Assembly: GCA_045807245.1 (NCBI GenBank)
Contig: JBJMHS010000051.1
Location: 6,044 to 70,043, forward strand
Source of the DNA: Actinomycetales bacterium
GTDB lineage: Bacteria > Actinomycetota > Actinomycetes > Actinomycetales > CAVURS01
DNA length: 64,000 nt
Direction: 5' to 3'
The notes under the pieces are model-generated. The model was not told the DNA's origin. It saw only the letters and a list, made by a program, of their open reading frames with translations, and ran no database searches. The stretch's first letter is position 1. Every line of letters begins with the position of its first letter. Both the position numbers and the translations under genes were made by a program. This document shows positions 9,317-17,583 of the stretch, piece after piece.

Positions 9317-10095
9317 TGTTGCAAGGCAAAGCCTTTCGGGTGGAACACCACATGGGGATGCCCTTCGGGATCGACATCCGCGATGCCGTGGCGCATGAAG
9401 AGCCCGAGCCGGTCGAGCGGCTGCTCACCTCGTGCTTCGCCGAGCTGCGGAGAGCCGACGAGACGTTCAGCCTGTGGCGGACGGACACGCCGCTGAGCCG
9501 GCTGACGTCGGGCCAGGCTGCGCTGGCGGAGATGCCCGCGGACGTCCTGGAGGTGCTGCGGCTCTGCGCTCAGTGGGCTGCCGACACGCAGGGCTGGTTC
9601 AGTGCGCGGACACCGGACGGGTCGGTCGACCCGAGCGGTCTGGTCAAGTCCTGGGCGGTGCGGCGGGTCGCGCGCCGCCTGCTGGCGGCCGGACTGCGCC
9701 ACTGGTGCATCAACGCGGCAGGCGACGTGCTGGTGCACGGCCAAGCCCGCCCCGGAGAGCCGTGGGCGGTCGGCATCCAGCATCCGTTCCACGCTGGTCT
9801 GCTGCTGGACACCGTGACCCTCACCGTGGGCGCAGTCGCGACCTCCGGCACGGCCGCGCGCGGACGACATGTCTGGGATCCGGTCCGTGGAGGGCCCGCT
9901 CGAGGGGTCGCCTCGGCCAGCGTCCTGGCGCGCGACCTGGTCGAGGCCGACGTCCTCGCCACGGCCGCGGTCGCCCGTGGACCCGAAGCCGCCGGCTGGC
10001 TCGACCGGATGAGCGGGGTGGAGGCGCTCCTGGTCGGCGACGACGGCGCGGTGGTCTCGACCTCTGGGTGGCCACGACTCCGGCTGGTGCCATGA
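9313..10095 (+). CDS. apbE: FAD:protein FMN transferase (ApbE family)
   Basis: ATG overlaps the upstream stop (ATGA). 260 aa with ApbE-like strings GLVKSWAV, INAAGDV and GAVATSGTAARG. No N-terminal signal peptide or lipobox is visible. Confidence 0.8.
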   Translation: MMLQGKAFRVEHHMGMPFGIDIRDAVAHEEPEPVERLLTSCFAELRRADETFSLWRTDTPLSRLTSGQAALAEMPADVLEVLRLCAQWAADTQGWFSARTPDGSVDPSGLVKSWAVRRVARRLLAAGLRHWCINAAGDVLVHGQARPGEPWAVGIQHPFHAGLLLDTVTLTVGAVATSGTAARGRHVWDPVRGGPARGVASASVLARDLVEADVLATAAVARGPEAAGWLDRMSGVEALLVGDDGAVVSTSGWPRLRLVP

Positions 10096-10113
10096 CGAGC
10101 GGTTCGACCAGCG

Positions 10114-10476
10114 CTACGACCGCGGGGACGCCCGCCCGCAGCTCTGGCCGTCGTCGAAGGTGACCTGACCGCTCAACCGGGCGAGGTCCAGGATGTCCCG
10201 GAACACGCGGGTCGGCCGCCGGACGATGACCGGCATGCGGCTGGCCATGAGCGCGATGAAATGGAGCAGGGTCGAGTCGCAGAACGTGACCCGTGAGCCT
10301 TCGACGACCAGGTGCGACGCCACCTCAGGGGCTCGCTGGGCGATGACTCGCAGATCGGACGCGACGCGGTAGTCGACGTCGCCGAACAGCCACACGATGA
10401 CCCGGCCGTCGCGGACGACCGTGAGGACAGAGCTGGACAGGGCGGCACCGGAGACGATGCCTTGGTCGGTCGACAT
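10114..10476 (-). CDS. STAS-domain protein (anti-sigma-factor-antagonist-like)
   Basis: 120 aa. The pattern VIVWLFGDVDYRVASDLR...HLVVEGSRVTFCDSTLLHFIALMA is typical of the SpoIIAA/STAS fold. Confidence 0.65.
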   Translation of the reverse strand: MSTDQGIVSGAALSSSVLTVVRDGRVIVWLFGDVDYRVASDLRVIAQRAPEVASHLVVEGSRVTFCDSTLLHFIALMASRMPVIVRRPTRVFRDILDLARLSGQVTFDDGQSCGRASPRS

Positions 10477-10666
10477 TGGGATTCCCGCGGGTGATGTGGA
10501 GCATCAGCCGCGCGTTCGACTGACCAGAGGTCCGGGGTGCGCCGGGAACGGCGTACGCCCACCACATGGTCAACGACAAGGGCGAGCCGGCCGTTACACG
10601 ACGCGCAGCTCGTCTTCGGCATCAACCGAATGTCGTCGGTGGTGCCGGCGGCCAGCTAGGGCCGAG

Positions 10667-11233
10667 CTAGCCGGTGCGGCCAACCGCCAGCAGCAGCCGG
10701 GTCTGGGCGTCGGCGTCGGGCGGTATGTCGCCTGGTGCGGCGAACGCCCCGGCCTCACGGAACAGGTCGACCTGCGGCTCGAGTACCTCCCAGCAGGCTT
10801 GCGCCAGAACGGGATCGATCGCCGCATCCTGACCGGTCGCGGTGGCCAGGTCCCATCCGTGGACCAGCACGTCGATGAACCGGTGCCCGAGATACAAGGA
10901 CCCCGGCACGGGCCCGTACGACACCGCACACGGCGCGTCCAGGGCACCGGGAGCCGAGAAGGCCGCGTTGGCGGCGTCCGCCGACGCCCGGTACGCCGCC
11001 GCCGCATCGTCGCCGAGCACGTCACCGTCCAACCGGTGCCCGACCTCGCCGATAGTCCGGCCCGCCGCGAGCTCGGCCGCCCACCAGTTGCCGGAGACGA
11101 CGTGGTTCGCCACGAACCGCACGTCCCAGCCCTCGCACGGCGTCGGGGCGCTCCACTGGTCGTCGCGGATGCCGGCGACGATGCCATCGGTGGCATCAAG
11201 TGCCCTGCGGTGCAACGTGATCAGGTCGTCCAT
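10667..11233 (-). CDS. TIGR03086/DinB-superfamily (mycothiol-dependent maleylpyruvate-isomerase-N-like) protein
   Basis: 188 aa. WSAPTPCEGWDVRFVANHVV and the C-terminal GRTG are typical of this actinobacterial family. Confidence 0.7.
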   Translation of the reverse strand: MDDLITLHRRALDATDGIVAGIRDDQWSAPTPCEGWDVRFVANHVVSGNWWAAELAAGRTIGEVGHRLDGDVLGDDAAAAYRASADAANAAFSAPGALDAPCAVSYGPVPGSLYLGHRFIDVLVHGWDLATATGQDAAIDPVLAQACWEVLEPQVDLFREAGAFAAPGDIPPDADAQTRLLLAVGRTG

Positions 11234-11269
11234 GGCACGCTCCTCGGTCGGCCGCCCAGGAGAACCTTC

Positions 11270-12061
11270 CTACAACGTCGCCGACGGCACCAGGGCCGAC
11301 AGGAAGACGACGTGGGGACGGTACGGCTCCATGACCGGTCGCACCGCGTCGGCCAGGACGGCCTTGACCTCAGCCGTGCGGCGCTCGCCCAGCTCGCGAA
11401 CCCACGGTGCGAACTGGGCCTGGCCCAGCCGGTAGTCGACCAGCCGCTCGGCCGTGTCCACGCCGACGTCGACCGGACGCTCCTCCGACGTCACGGCCAC
11501 CAGGCCGACGGCCTGGGCGACCTCGGCGATGGCATCGGCCGTCCCGAGCAGTGGCAGCACCGTGGTTCTCAGGTCCAGGTACCACTGCGGCACCGGCCAG
11601 CCGGAGGCCAGGGCCGCCTGGTCGAGTACCTCACGCGCCGTACCGAAGCCCGCGTTGCCGAACACGCAAGCGCTCACGGCACCGCCCGCCCGGGTGACCC
11701 GGGCCAGCTCGGCCAGCCCCGCCACCGGCTCGGCCAGGTGGTTCAGAACGAACGCTGCGACCACGTCGTCGACCGAGCCGTCCCGCAGCGGGAGGTGGCA
11801 GACGTCGGCCACCGCCGCCGGCGGACGGGCCGCAGCCTGCCACCCGAGCATGTCACGCGAGAGATCCGTGGCCACAACACGCGCGCCGTACTCGAGCAGG
11901 ATCTCGCTCGCGACGCCGGTGCCCGCTCCCGCGTCCAACACGGTACGCCCGCGCAGGTCATGGGGCACCGTGGCGACCAGCTCTCGCGCGATGGGGCGAT
12001 AGACCAGGGTCGCACCGTCCGCCCAGCCGGACGCGGCACCGGCGTAGTGATCGACTGTCAA
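11270..12061 (-). CDS. class I SAM-dependent methyltransferase
   Basis: Motif I VLDAGAGTGVAS, then VVATDLS and a post-I acidic residue. TTG start at 12061 lies 4 nt after the upstream stop. The longer track ORF extends over the neighbouring gene. Confidence 0.75.
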   Translation of the reverse strand: MTVDHYAGAASGWADGATLVYRPIARELVATVPHDLRGRTVLDAGAGTGVASEILLEYGARVVATDLSRDMLGWQAAARPPAAVADVCHLPLRDGSVDDVVAAFVLNHLAEPVAGLAELARVTRAGGAVSACVFGNAGFGTAREVLDQAALASGWPVPQWYLDLRTTVLPLLGTADAIAEVAQAVGLVAVTSEERPVDVGVDTAERLVDYRLGQAQFAPWVRELGERRTAEVKAVLADAVRPVMEPYRPHVVFLSALVPSATL

Positions 12062-12065
12062 CTGG

Positions 12066-13130
12066 CTAGATTCCTTGTCGCGCAACGGCTTCCAGGACCG
12101 TGCGCTCCCACCAGCGCAGCTCGGCGTCGTCACCGAGCGCCTTCTCCCAGCCGACGGTGCACATGATGCCGACCAGGCACAGGTCCAGCTGCCTCTGGAA
12201 CCAGGGTTCGACCTCGATGCCGCGCCGCGACAGGCCGGCCCGGAACGAGGCGATGGCCGCCTCCTTGGACTCTGGCATGCGCGCACTGTTCAACGCGAGG
12301 TACCAGGCCAGGTCCCAACAGGCCGGACCGGAGCCCGGGTAGGCCCAGTCGAGCAGGATCGTGCGCCCGTCGGAGTGGCTGCCGAGATTGCCCATCTTCC
12401 AGTCACCGTGCAGAAAGGTGACCGGGGTCCGCGCCATCGGTTCGCTGAGGATCGCCGGGTCGTCGAGGATGACCCGGACGGTGTCCCACATGGCCGGAGC
12501 GCGTTCCGCCAAGGCGGCCCAGCCGGCGTCGGCGGCCGCGACCGGACCCGGCGGCTCCGCCACCTCGAGCTCCGGTGCGATGTTGTCCGGCGCGAAGAAC
12601 CGGATCCGCGACGACATCGGAGTGAGTCCTCCGATGGTGTCGCGGAAGCCCCAGAACGCATGCGACAGGCAGGCCAGGCGGTCGAGGAAGAGTCGGTGGA
12701 CCGCCGGCGAGACGTGCGTGTCGCCCTCGGGCACCAGCCATCTCGACACGTCGCGCATGAGGATGCTGAGCTCGGCGTCGTCGCCCTCGCCGGCCAGCTC
12801 CATGGCGACCACCGTGTGGTCGATGTCGCGCGGGACGGCGGCCATGATGCCTGCCTGCCACACCAGATACGGGCGGTGCACATGGTCACCGGTCAGCCGC
12901 ATGATCCAGTCCGTGTTCGGGCTCAGCCGCTTGAGGAAGTAGCGCTCGCCGTCGACCGTCACGCTCTCGAAGGTCGACGTGCTCTTGCCGTCGGACGGCC
13001 GCACAGCCTCCCGCCGCGAGGCGGTCGCGAGCACCTCGCCGACGGTGACCATCACGCCGGTCCGGTCCGTGGCATGTGCACATCGTGCCGCTCCCGGCAC
13101 ATGGCCGGTAGTAGTGAGCTTGAGCTCCAT
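12066..13130 (-). CDS. aminoglycoside-phosphotransferase/choline-kinase-family kinase
   Basis: Catalytic loop FLHGDWKMGNLG and LLDWAYPGSGPACWDLAWYL (APH fold). Start set at MELKL (13130); 13052 is an alternative. The upstream 172 aa of the 526-aa track ORF overlap the phosphatase gene out of frame. Confidence 0.7.
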   Translation of the reverse strand: MELKLTTTGHVPGAARCAHATDRTGVMVTVGEVLATASRREAVRPSDGKSTSTFESVTVDGERYFLKRLSPNTDWIMRLTGDHVHRPYLVWQAGIMAAVPRDIDHTVVAMELAGEGDDAELSILMRDVSRWLVPEGDTHVSPAVHRLFLDRLACLSHAFWGFRDTIGGLTPMSSRIRFFAPDNIAPELEVAEPPGPVAAADAGWAALAERAPAMWDTVRVILDDPAILSEPMARTPVTFLHGDWKMGNLGSHSDGRTILLDWAYPGSGPACWDLAWYLALNSARMPESKEAAIASFRAGLSRRGIEVEPWFQRQLDLCLVGIMCTVGWEKALGDDAELRWWERTVLEAVARQGI

Positions 13131-13177
13131 GGACCAGCTCGTCGGCTGTTCGGCATCGTGGTCGGCCTGATCGGCAC

Positions 13178-13846
13178 CTAGACGAGCCGGGGGACGTGGT
13201 TGAACAGGTCTGCGCTCCAGTGACCATCCGCCTGCCGCGTCAGGCGGGTGACCGATCCGTTGGCCAGGTCGGTCGCAGCCAGCGTGTCCAGCAGCGTGCG
13301 TTCGTCCCAGCATTCGAGGACGTACCGGACCAGCATCACGACGGCGTCGTGACACACCACCAGCACGTGCTCTTCGCCCGCGAGGATCTCCTGCAGCACG
13401 CTGCGCACGCGTAGCGCGACGTCGGCCCACGACTCGCCTCCCGGCGGCCGGTAGTACAGCTTGCCCAGCCGCAGGTACCGCTCGCGCTCGTCGGGCCAGC
13501 GAGCAGTGACGCCGCGCGAGGTGAGCCCGTCCAGGACGCCCGGCTCGCGGTCGCGCAGCCGTTCGTCGATCCGGTAGGACGGGTTGCGTCCGGCGGTGGA
13601 CAGCACGATGTCGGCAGTCAGCCGGGCCCGGACGTACGGCGAGCACCAGGTCGCGGCGACCCCGGGCTGGTCGGCCAGCCAGCCGCCCAGCGCCCTCGCC
13701 TGCTCCCGCCCGAGCTCGGTCAGCGCTGCGTCGGCGTCACGTTCCCGAACCTCGACCACCTCCGCACCGTTCGCGATGGCCGCGTCGTGCGCGGCGTTCC
13801 CGGTGCTCTGCCCATGACGCACGAGCGACAGCTGCGTCACGGGCAT
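13178..13846 (-). CDS. histidine phosphatase (phosphoglycerate-mutase) family protein
   Basis: N-terminal LVRHGQSTGN carries the RHG catalytic motif. A later VVCHDAVV matches the second His motif region. Confidence 0.85.
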   Translation of the reverse strand: MPVTQLSLVRHGQSTGNAAHDAAIANGAEVVEVRERDADAALTELGREQARALGGWLADQPGVAATWCSPYVRARLTADIVLSTAGRNPSYRIDERLRDREPGVLDGLTSRGVTARWPDERERYLRLGKLYYRPPGGESWADVALRVRSVLQEILAGEEHVLVVCHDAVVMLVRYVLECWDERTLLDTLAATDLANGSVTRLTRQADGHWSADLFNHVPRLV

Positions 13847-13969
13847 GCGAGGACCCTACGGCTGCCGTCGGCTGGACGTAGGTCCCCTGTGGGAGAGGCG
13901 ACCTGTGCCTCTAGGAGTCGCCTTCGTGGCTCGCGAGACTCGTCGTACCCCTGCTGCATCGGAGCCCTC

Positions 13970-14701
13970 GTGCCGTACGTCATCAGCAATCTCGCCGTCC
14001 AGGATCCCGACCCGTGCGCGCCAACGAGGGACGAAGGCCGGCGGCTTCCCGAACCGGCCCGTCGTTGGCTGGAACGCTCGATCCGCACCGGCACCGCCGG
14101 CTACACGCGCGTACACCTCGAGCTGGAGGGGCAGATCAAACTCGGTTCCTGGCACCGGTTCACCGCCAGGCAGACGATCCGCCCTCGTCACGGCTACACC
14201 TGGCGCGGGCGGACCACCGTCGCGGGCGTGCCGATGGACGGGTTGGAGACGATGACCCCGTCGGTGGCTCGCCGGCTCTGGCGGGCTGCGCGCCTGGTGT
14301 CGGTGCTGCGTTCGGACGGTCCCGACGAGCTGAACTCCGCCGCCGGGCGACTCGCCGCCGAGAGCGTGTTCGTGCCGACGACGTTCGGGCTGGTCACCTG
14401 GGAGGCCGCCGCCGACCCGGACTCGGTGTTCGCGACCTGGCGGATCGGGTCACGCGTGGACCGCATCCGTCTCGAGGTGGCTCCAAGCGGCCGGCTGCGG
14501 TCCGTGTCGCTGCGCCGCTGGGGCACGCCGCCTGGCGGCCGCTACGGCCGCCATCCGTTCGGGCTGCACTTCGAAGAGGAGATAACGGTCGACGGCGTGA
14601 CGCTCCCGCGCACCATGACGGCTTCCTGGCTGTGGGGGTCTGACCGCCAGCGAGACGGAGCGGTCATGCGCGGCCAGGTCGTCGGCGCCCGGTTCGCCTG
14701 A
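13970..14701 (+). CDS. hypothetical protein
   Basis: GC3-biased ORF. GTG at 13970 chosen as the start because the upstream part overlaps the divergent phosphatase gene. No motif recognised with confidence. Confidence 0.5.
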   Translation: MPYVISNLAVQDPDPCAPTRDEGRRLPEPARRWLERSIRTGTAGYTRVHLELEGQIKLGSWHRFTARQTIRPRHGYTWRGRTTVAGVPMDGLETMTPSVARRLWRAARLVSVLRSDGPDELNSAAGRLAAESVFVPTTFGLVTWEAAADPDSVFATWRIGSRVDRIRLEVAPSGRLRSVSLRRWGTPPGGRYGRHPFGLHFEEEITVDGVTLPRTMTASWLWGSDRQRDGAVMRGQVVGARFA

Positions 14702-14740
14702 GGGCGACAGAGCTCCGGACCAATCCGGACGCCGCCTTGT

Positions 14741-14780
14741 TGCGAAGATGTTGCAACAAGGCCGGGGCCCGACTAGCGTG
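14741..14780 (+). promoter_or_regulatory. sigma70-like promoter overlapped by a Nur-box-like operator
   Basis: TTGCGA-AGATG-TTGCAA at 14741-14757 sits inside the inverted repeat CCTTGTTGC/GCAACAAGG (14736-14762). TTGCAA can serve as the -35 element, followed by a 17-nt spacer and TAGCGT as the -10 (14775-14780). GGAGGAG RBS lies 6 nt before ATG 14812. Confidence 0.55.
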
Positions 14781-14811
14781 AACCCGGCCGCCACCGGCCG
14801 GAGGAGCGCAG

Positions 14812-16101
14812 ATGACCAGCACCACGACCGCCGGAGGCCAGCGGCGCCAGCGGCGCCAGCGGCTCAGCGGGTCGGTCCGCGGGTCGGTCCGCGGGTCGCT
14901 CGGCCGCTCGGAGTGGATGTCGCTCGGCGGCATGGCCGGGTTCGTGGTGCTGCTCCACGTCGTCGGCTGGGGCGCGCTGATCGCGGTCGTCGCACCACAC
15001 CACTACGAGGTCGGCTCACACCAGGTCTTCGGCATCGGGCTCGGCGTCACGGCGTACACGCTCGGCATGCGGCACGCCTTCGACGCCGACCACATCGCGG
15101 CCATCGACAACACGACGCGCAAGCTGATGACCGACGGCAAGCGACCGCTGTCCGTGGGCTTCTGGTTCAGCCTCGGCCACTCCTCGGTCGTGTTCGGCCT
15201 CTGCCTGTTGCTCGCCGCCGGTGTGCGCGCGCTCGCGGGACAGGTCGAGTCGGACGGCTCACGGCTGCACGACATCACCGGTCTCATCGGCACCGGGGTG
15301 TCGGGGGTCTTCCTCTACGTCATCGGCATCCTGAACCTCCTTGTCCTGGTCGGCATCGTGCGCGTCTTCCGGCAGATGCGGCAGGGCGCGTACGACGAGG
15401 ACGAGCTGGAGGCGCACCTCAACAACCGTGGCTTCATGAACCGGATCCTCGGCGGCGCGACCAAGGCGGTGACGAAGCCCTGGCAGATGTACCCCGTCGG
15501 CCTGCTGTTCGGGCTCGGCTTCGACACGGCCACCGAGGTGAGCCTGCTCGTGCTGGCCGGCGGCGCAGCGGCGTTCTCGCTGCCCTGGTACGCGATCCTC
15601 ACGCTGCCCGTGCTCTTCGCCGCGGGGATGAGCTTGCTCGACAGCATCGACGGCTGCTTCATGAACTTCGCCTACGGCTGGGCGTTCTCCAAGCCCGTGC
15701 GCAAGGTCTACTACAACATCACGATCACGGCGCTGTCCGTTGCGGTGGCGCTGATCATCGGCACTATCGAGCTCGTCTCGATCCTCGCTGACCGGCTCGA
15801 CATCTCCAGCGGCCCGCTCGCGGCCGTCGCGGGCCTCGACCTGAACTACGTCGGCTACGCGATCGTCGCGCTGTTCGTCCTGACCTGGGTGGTGGCCCTG
15901 ACCGTATGGCGGCTGGCTCGCATCGAGGACAAGTGGACGGCCAGCCTCGCCACCGCCGGCCTGACCCTGCATCAGCACGAGCACGCCCACGACGGGCGCA
16001 CGCACGTGCACCGCCACAGCACCGGCCACCATCACGACGTCGAGGTCAACGAGATCGCTAGAACGGCGGGTCAGGCCCAGCAAACGCCGTCGGGTAGCTG
16101 A
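14812..16101 (+). CDS. NiCoT (HoxN/HupN/NixA) family nickel/cobalt permease
   Basis: Signature RHAFDADHIAAIDN, FWFSLGHSSVV and LFGLGFDTATEV, with multiple TM helices. His-rich C-terminal tail HQHEHAHDGRTHVHRHSTGHHHD. Confidence 0.9.
   Translation: MTSTTTAGGQRRQRRQRLSGSVRGSVRGSLGRSEWMSLGGMAGFVVLLHVVGWGALIAVVAPHHYEVGSHQVFGIGLGVTAYTLGMRHAFDADHIAAIDNTTRKLMTDGKRPLSVGFWFSLGHSSVVFGLCLLLAAGVRALAGQVESDGSRLHDITGLIGTGVSGVFLYVIGILNLLVLVGIVRVFRQMRQGAYDEDELEAHLNNRGFMNRILGGATKAVTKPWQMYPVGLLFGLGFDTATEVSLLVLAGGAAAFSLPWYAILTLPVLFAAGMSLLDSIDGCFMNFAYGWAFSKPVRKVYYNITITALSVAVALIIGTIELVSILADRLDISSGPLAAVAGLDLNYVGYAIVALFVLTWVVALTVWRLARIEDKWTASLATAGLTLHQHEHAHDGRTHVHRHSTGHHHDVEVNEIARTAGQAQQTPSGS
14839..14900 (+). repeat. 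in-frame tandem repeats (9 bp x3, 12 bp x2.8) in the permease N-terminus
   Basis: CAGCGGCGC x3 at 14839-14865 and GCGGGTCGGTCC x2 plus a partial copy at 14867-14900. They encode QRRQRRQR and SGSVRGSVRGSL. Confidence 0.8.
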
Positions 16102-17527
16102 CGTACTGCCGCCCGGATGGGGTGATGTAGGTCAGGCGGTGGTTGGCGTCGCCGGAGACGCGGATGAGCTGGTCGGTCTTGAGCTGGTGGTCGCGCTTGC
16201 CGGCCGCGGCCAGGTTGGCCGGGCAGGTCGGTCCGCCGGCGGCGGGCTGGTCGGGTCGGTACTCGCGGACGTGGTCGAGCTCGAGGTGAGTGGCGGCGCT
16301 GGTGGGGAACCGGGTGTGGTGTCCGTCGCGGGCGCGCACGAACTGGCCCATGCGAGGTGGTGGCCGGTACGCCGGGGACAGGTCGGTCGCGACGCCGCTG
16401 GCCGGGTCGAACAGCAGGCGGCGCCAGCGGGCGCCGCGTTGGTGGGCGAGGTCGCGGGCCAGGTCGGCCGGCAGGGGCAGGGGCCCGCGCGGGCCGTGCA
16501 GGGTGGCCGGCTCTTCGTCCAGGCCGAGCATCGTCGTCGCCGCGACGGTCAAGTGGACCAGCGGCCCGTCGGGGCTGGTGGCCTGGGTGCCGTGGCGACC
16601 ATGCGTGAGCCAGCCGATGGTGATGTCGGCTCGTAGCTGGTCCAGGGTGCGGCTATCGCCGCGGCGGCGGGCGGTGCGTGCCGCGGCGTCGATGCTCGTG
16701 TAGGCCGCGGCGACGCCCTCGGCCCCGGCGTGCAGGTGCAGGCTGGAGGTGGCATCGGGGTGGTCCTCGACGTCGACCCGTCGCTCGGCTCGGGCAGTCG
16801 CGGCCCGCTGGGCGTGGTACGTCGGATCCAGGCGGGCCGCCTCACGGGCCAGGATGGTCCGCAGCCGGGCCGGTGGCAGCGACCACACGGTGACGTCGTG
16901 GTGGTCCAGCTCACGGAACAGCGGGTACGGGCGACCGTCCGGGCCGGCGTCGGTCACCGGCTCCTCCGGGTCGAACTCGTCGCCCTCCGGTGAGTCGTCC
17001 GGGCCCAGCAGCCCGCTCAACAGGGCGCCACAATGTGCGAAGCGTGTCGCCCGGTCCAGGTCGCCGGCCCGGTCGAAGTCGCGGAGCCCGGCCAGGATCA
17101 CCCGGACCTGGGTCAAGTCCAGCACGCCAGCGGCCAGGGCCCGCCCGAGCCGGGGGAACTCGGCCAGATCCAGGGCCAGGTCCAGCTCCCGGTCGGCGGC
17201 CGGCAACGAGACCCCCAGCACCAGGGAGACCTCCACCGCCACCCGGCGCTCGGCGAACTCGCGCCGTTGGATCGCCGTGCCTCCGCCCTCGGCTCTCACC
17301 TGGTCCAGCACCGAGGCGTGGACCGCGCCGACCGTACGCGCCCTCATCGCCGCCATCCAGGCGTCGGCCCGGACGGTCGCCTTCACCACTTCCAAACGCT
17401 CGGCGTCCGACAGGTCCCACAGCACCTCCGGACGCGTCAACTGACCGACCAGCGCGGCTAGCTCGGCACCCTCCACCTGCGGCAGCCGGGCCAGAGCCGC
17501 CCTGACCGATCTGACCGCCGTACGCAT
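16058..17527 (-). CDS. DUF222 + HNH endonuclease domain protein (13E12-repeat-like)
   Basis: 489 aa. The N-terminal two thirds are typical DUF222 (AERLEVVKATVRADAWMAAM). The C-terminus has HNH-like HLELDHV...CPANLAAAGKRDHQLK. The 3' end overlaps the permease 3' end by 44 bp. Confidence 0.8.
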   Translation of the reverse strand: MRTAVRSVRAALARLPQVEGAELAALVGQLTRPEVLWDLSDAERLEVVKATVRADAWMAAMRARTVGAVHASVLDQVRAEGGGTAIQRREFAERRVAVEVSLVLGVSLPAADRELDLALDLAEFPRLGRALAAGVLDLTQVRVILAGLRDFDRAGDLDRATRFAHCGALLSGLLGPDDSPEGDEFDPEEPVTDAGPDGRPYPLFRELDHHDVTVWSLPPARLRTILAREAARLDPTYHAQRAATARAERRVDVEDHPDATSSLHLHAGAEGVAAAYTSIDAAARTARRRGDSRTLDQLRADITIGWLTHGRHGTQATSPDGPLVHLTVAATTMLGLDEEPATLHGPRGPLPLPADLARDLAHQRGARWRRLLFDPASGVATDLSPAYRPPPRMGQFVRARDGHHTRFPTSAATHLELDHVREYRPDQPAAGGPTCPANLAAAGKRDHQLKTDQLIRVSGDANHRLTYITPSGRQYVSYPTAFAGPDPPF

Positions 17528-17583
17528 CTTGCCATGTTATCGAACGTATGTACGAAAAGTCAACCGTCAATCCACAGCAGTGA

